Assembly (NCBI GenBank): GCA_963810355.1
Contig: CAWENU010000032.1
Location: 15,641-79,640 of the forward strand
Source of the DNA: an uncultured Acidobacteriota bacterium
Lineage (GTDB): Bacteria > Acidobacteriota > Terriglobia > Acidiferrales > UBA7541
DNA: 64,000 bases
Reading direction: 5' to 3'
The notes beneath the pieces were generated by a model. The model was given only the letters and a program-made list of their open reading frames with translations. It was not told the origin of the DNA and ran no database searches. The translations under genes and the position numbers were made by a program. Shown here one piece after another: positions 62,539 through 64,000 of the stretch (the stretch's first letter is position 1; each line of letters opens with the position of its first letter).

Positions 62539-63745
62539 ATGTCGCAGCCTCGCCCCCAAACGATTCTCTGCGTGACCTCCTACGAAAAAGGCCAGGAATT
62601 CCTGCGCACCTGCAAAGCCCTGGGTTGCCGCGTGCTCCTCCTCACGGTGGAAAAGTTCCGCCACGGCGACTGGCCCCTCGACTCCATCGACGAAATGTTC
62701 TCCATGCCGGAAGAACTGCCCGCTCCGGCATCTGATCTACTCGGTCAGCTACATGGCGCGCTCCACCCATCGACCGCATCGTCGCCCTCGACGAATTCGA
62801 CATGGATAATGTCTCTGCCCTCCGCGAACATCTGCGCCTCCCCGGCATGGGCCTCACCACCGTGCGCTATTTCCGCGACAAACTAGCCATGCGCACCCGC
62901 GCCAGGAAGCAGGCATCCTCGTCCCGGAATTCGTCCACGTCCTCAATTACGACGATCTGCGCGGAATTCATGGCGCGCGTGAACCCGGCCCATGGCTCTA
63001 AAACCCCGCTCGCAAGCTTCCGGCATCGGCATGAAAAAGATTCACGACCCGTCCGAGAACTCTGGCCGCTGCTCGATCAACTCGGCGATCAGCAATCCTT
63101 CTATTTGCTCGAGCAATTCATCCCCGGCGCTGTATTCCACGTTGACAGCGTGGTCTCCGAGCGCGAGAGCGTTTTCGCCGAAGCCCACGCCTACGGCACC
63201 CCGCCGCTGGATGTCTCCCACCAGGGCGGCGTCTTCACCACGCGCACGCTGCCCCGCGAAGCCTCCGAAACAAAGCGCTGCATAGAAGCAATCGCCAATT
63301 AATCGAAGGCCTGGGCTCTGTCCGCGGCGTTACCCACGCCGAATTCCTGCGTTCCCACGCCGACGGCAAATTCTATTTCATAGAAATCGCCGCGCGCGTG
63401 GGCGGCGCGTACATCGCGGACGTCGTCGAAGCCGCCACGCGGAATCAATCTCTGGCGCGAGTGGGCTCGCCTGGAAGTGCGGTGCAGGGAACTCCATACA
63501 CTGCGCCAGCCAGCGCAACGATTATGCGGGCGTCATCCTGTCCTGGCCCGCCAGGAAAAACCCGACACCACCGCCTACAACGATCCCGAAATCGTCTATC
63601 GCGTCAACAAATACCACCACGCCGGCTTCGTCGTGAAGTCCCCAAGCGCGGAACGCATCGCAGGAATTGCTGCGACTCCTACGCCCAGCGCTTCCAAACC
63701 GATTTCCTGGCCACGCAACCAGTCCCAGAAAGACCCACCGCCTAA
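62539..63745 (+). CDS. ATP-grasp domain protein, multiply frameshifted
   Basis: CVTSYEKG, FRDKLAMR, LKPRSQASGIG, LEQFIPG, THAEF, F.EIAARVGGAYI across frames. Confidence 0.8.
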
Positions 63746-63754
63746 AGAAAAAGG

Positions 63755-63935
63755 ACGAAGCAACGAAGTAATGAAGTAAAGAAGTAATGACACAACGAAG
63801 TGCGGGGCGAGGCCCGCGCGGCGCCCGAAGCCGGCCGCTTTATCCGCGCACCACCTAACGCCTCGGCAACTCGCGATCTCTTTCGAGTGAGTTTTTTCGT
63901 TACTTCATTACGTTGTTACTTCATTACTTCTTTCT
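63755..63935. repeat. Inverted pair of 8-bp tandem repeats
   Basis: About six units like ATGAAGTA/ACGAAGTA at 63755-63802 and about five units like TACTTCAT at 63896-63935. Confidence 0.8.
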
Positions 63936-64000
63936 TTGTTCCGAATAGAAAGCGAAAGTCTGTCCCAAGGTCCAGTAACTTTCTCGCAACAGCCCCACAC

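Noticed and set aside
57546-63745. Programmed frameshifting or true pseudogenisation of pyc and the ATP-grasp gene
   Set aside because: Many scattered single-base indels with all catalytic motifs intact, concentrated at one end of the window; typical of low-coverage consensus error. Needs read inspection.
63755-63935. CRISPR array
   Set aside because: Units are 8 bp with no spacers, and there are no cas genes; the Cas4-like Cys pattern at 4.8-5.5 kb belongs to the helicase fusion.

Overview
GC-rich bacterial chromosomal segment, most likely Acidobacteriota (inferred from the paired VWA proteins, the PilZ-TonB and cyclase-TPR architectures and the repeat style). No rRNA, tRNA, CRISPR array, integrase or transposase was seen. 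Main content: (i) SOS genes (recA, a UvrD-type helicase-nuclease fusion, a DinB-family gene, lexA), all preceded by one 19-bp direct-repeat operator KTTYGC-N5-NTTCGCCT; (ii) a four-gene multiheme operon at 16.7-24.0 kb (decaheme MtrA/DmsE-type cytochrome, MtrB-like porin, NapC/NirT-type cytochrome, 13-heme cytochrome c/b fusion) with a perfect CRP-family box upstream and a cytochrome c remnant in frame behind the porin stop; (iii) an ECF sigma/anti-sigma cassette between two DUF2007-like paralogs, inside a thiolase-hbd neighbourhood; (iv) cell-wall enzymes and hydrolases; (v) otsAB with a membrane sensor/HAMP-fused OtsA, korAB, pyc, an esterase and an ATP-grasp gene. Intergenic DNA holds several repeat families. 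These include a 432-bp inverted-repeat element enclosing a promoter, a ~50-nt RNA and a terminator, whose promoter-plus-repeat module recurs at 11.05-11.2 kb. A 16-aa Lys-rich sORF has its own promoter, RBS and terminator. Frameshifts in pyc, the ATP-grasp gene and three other genes are probably sequencing errors. All family assignments come from motif recognition by eye, not database searches.
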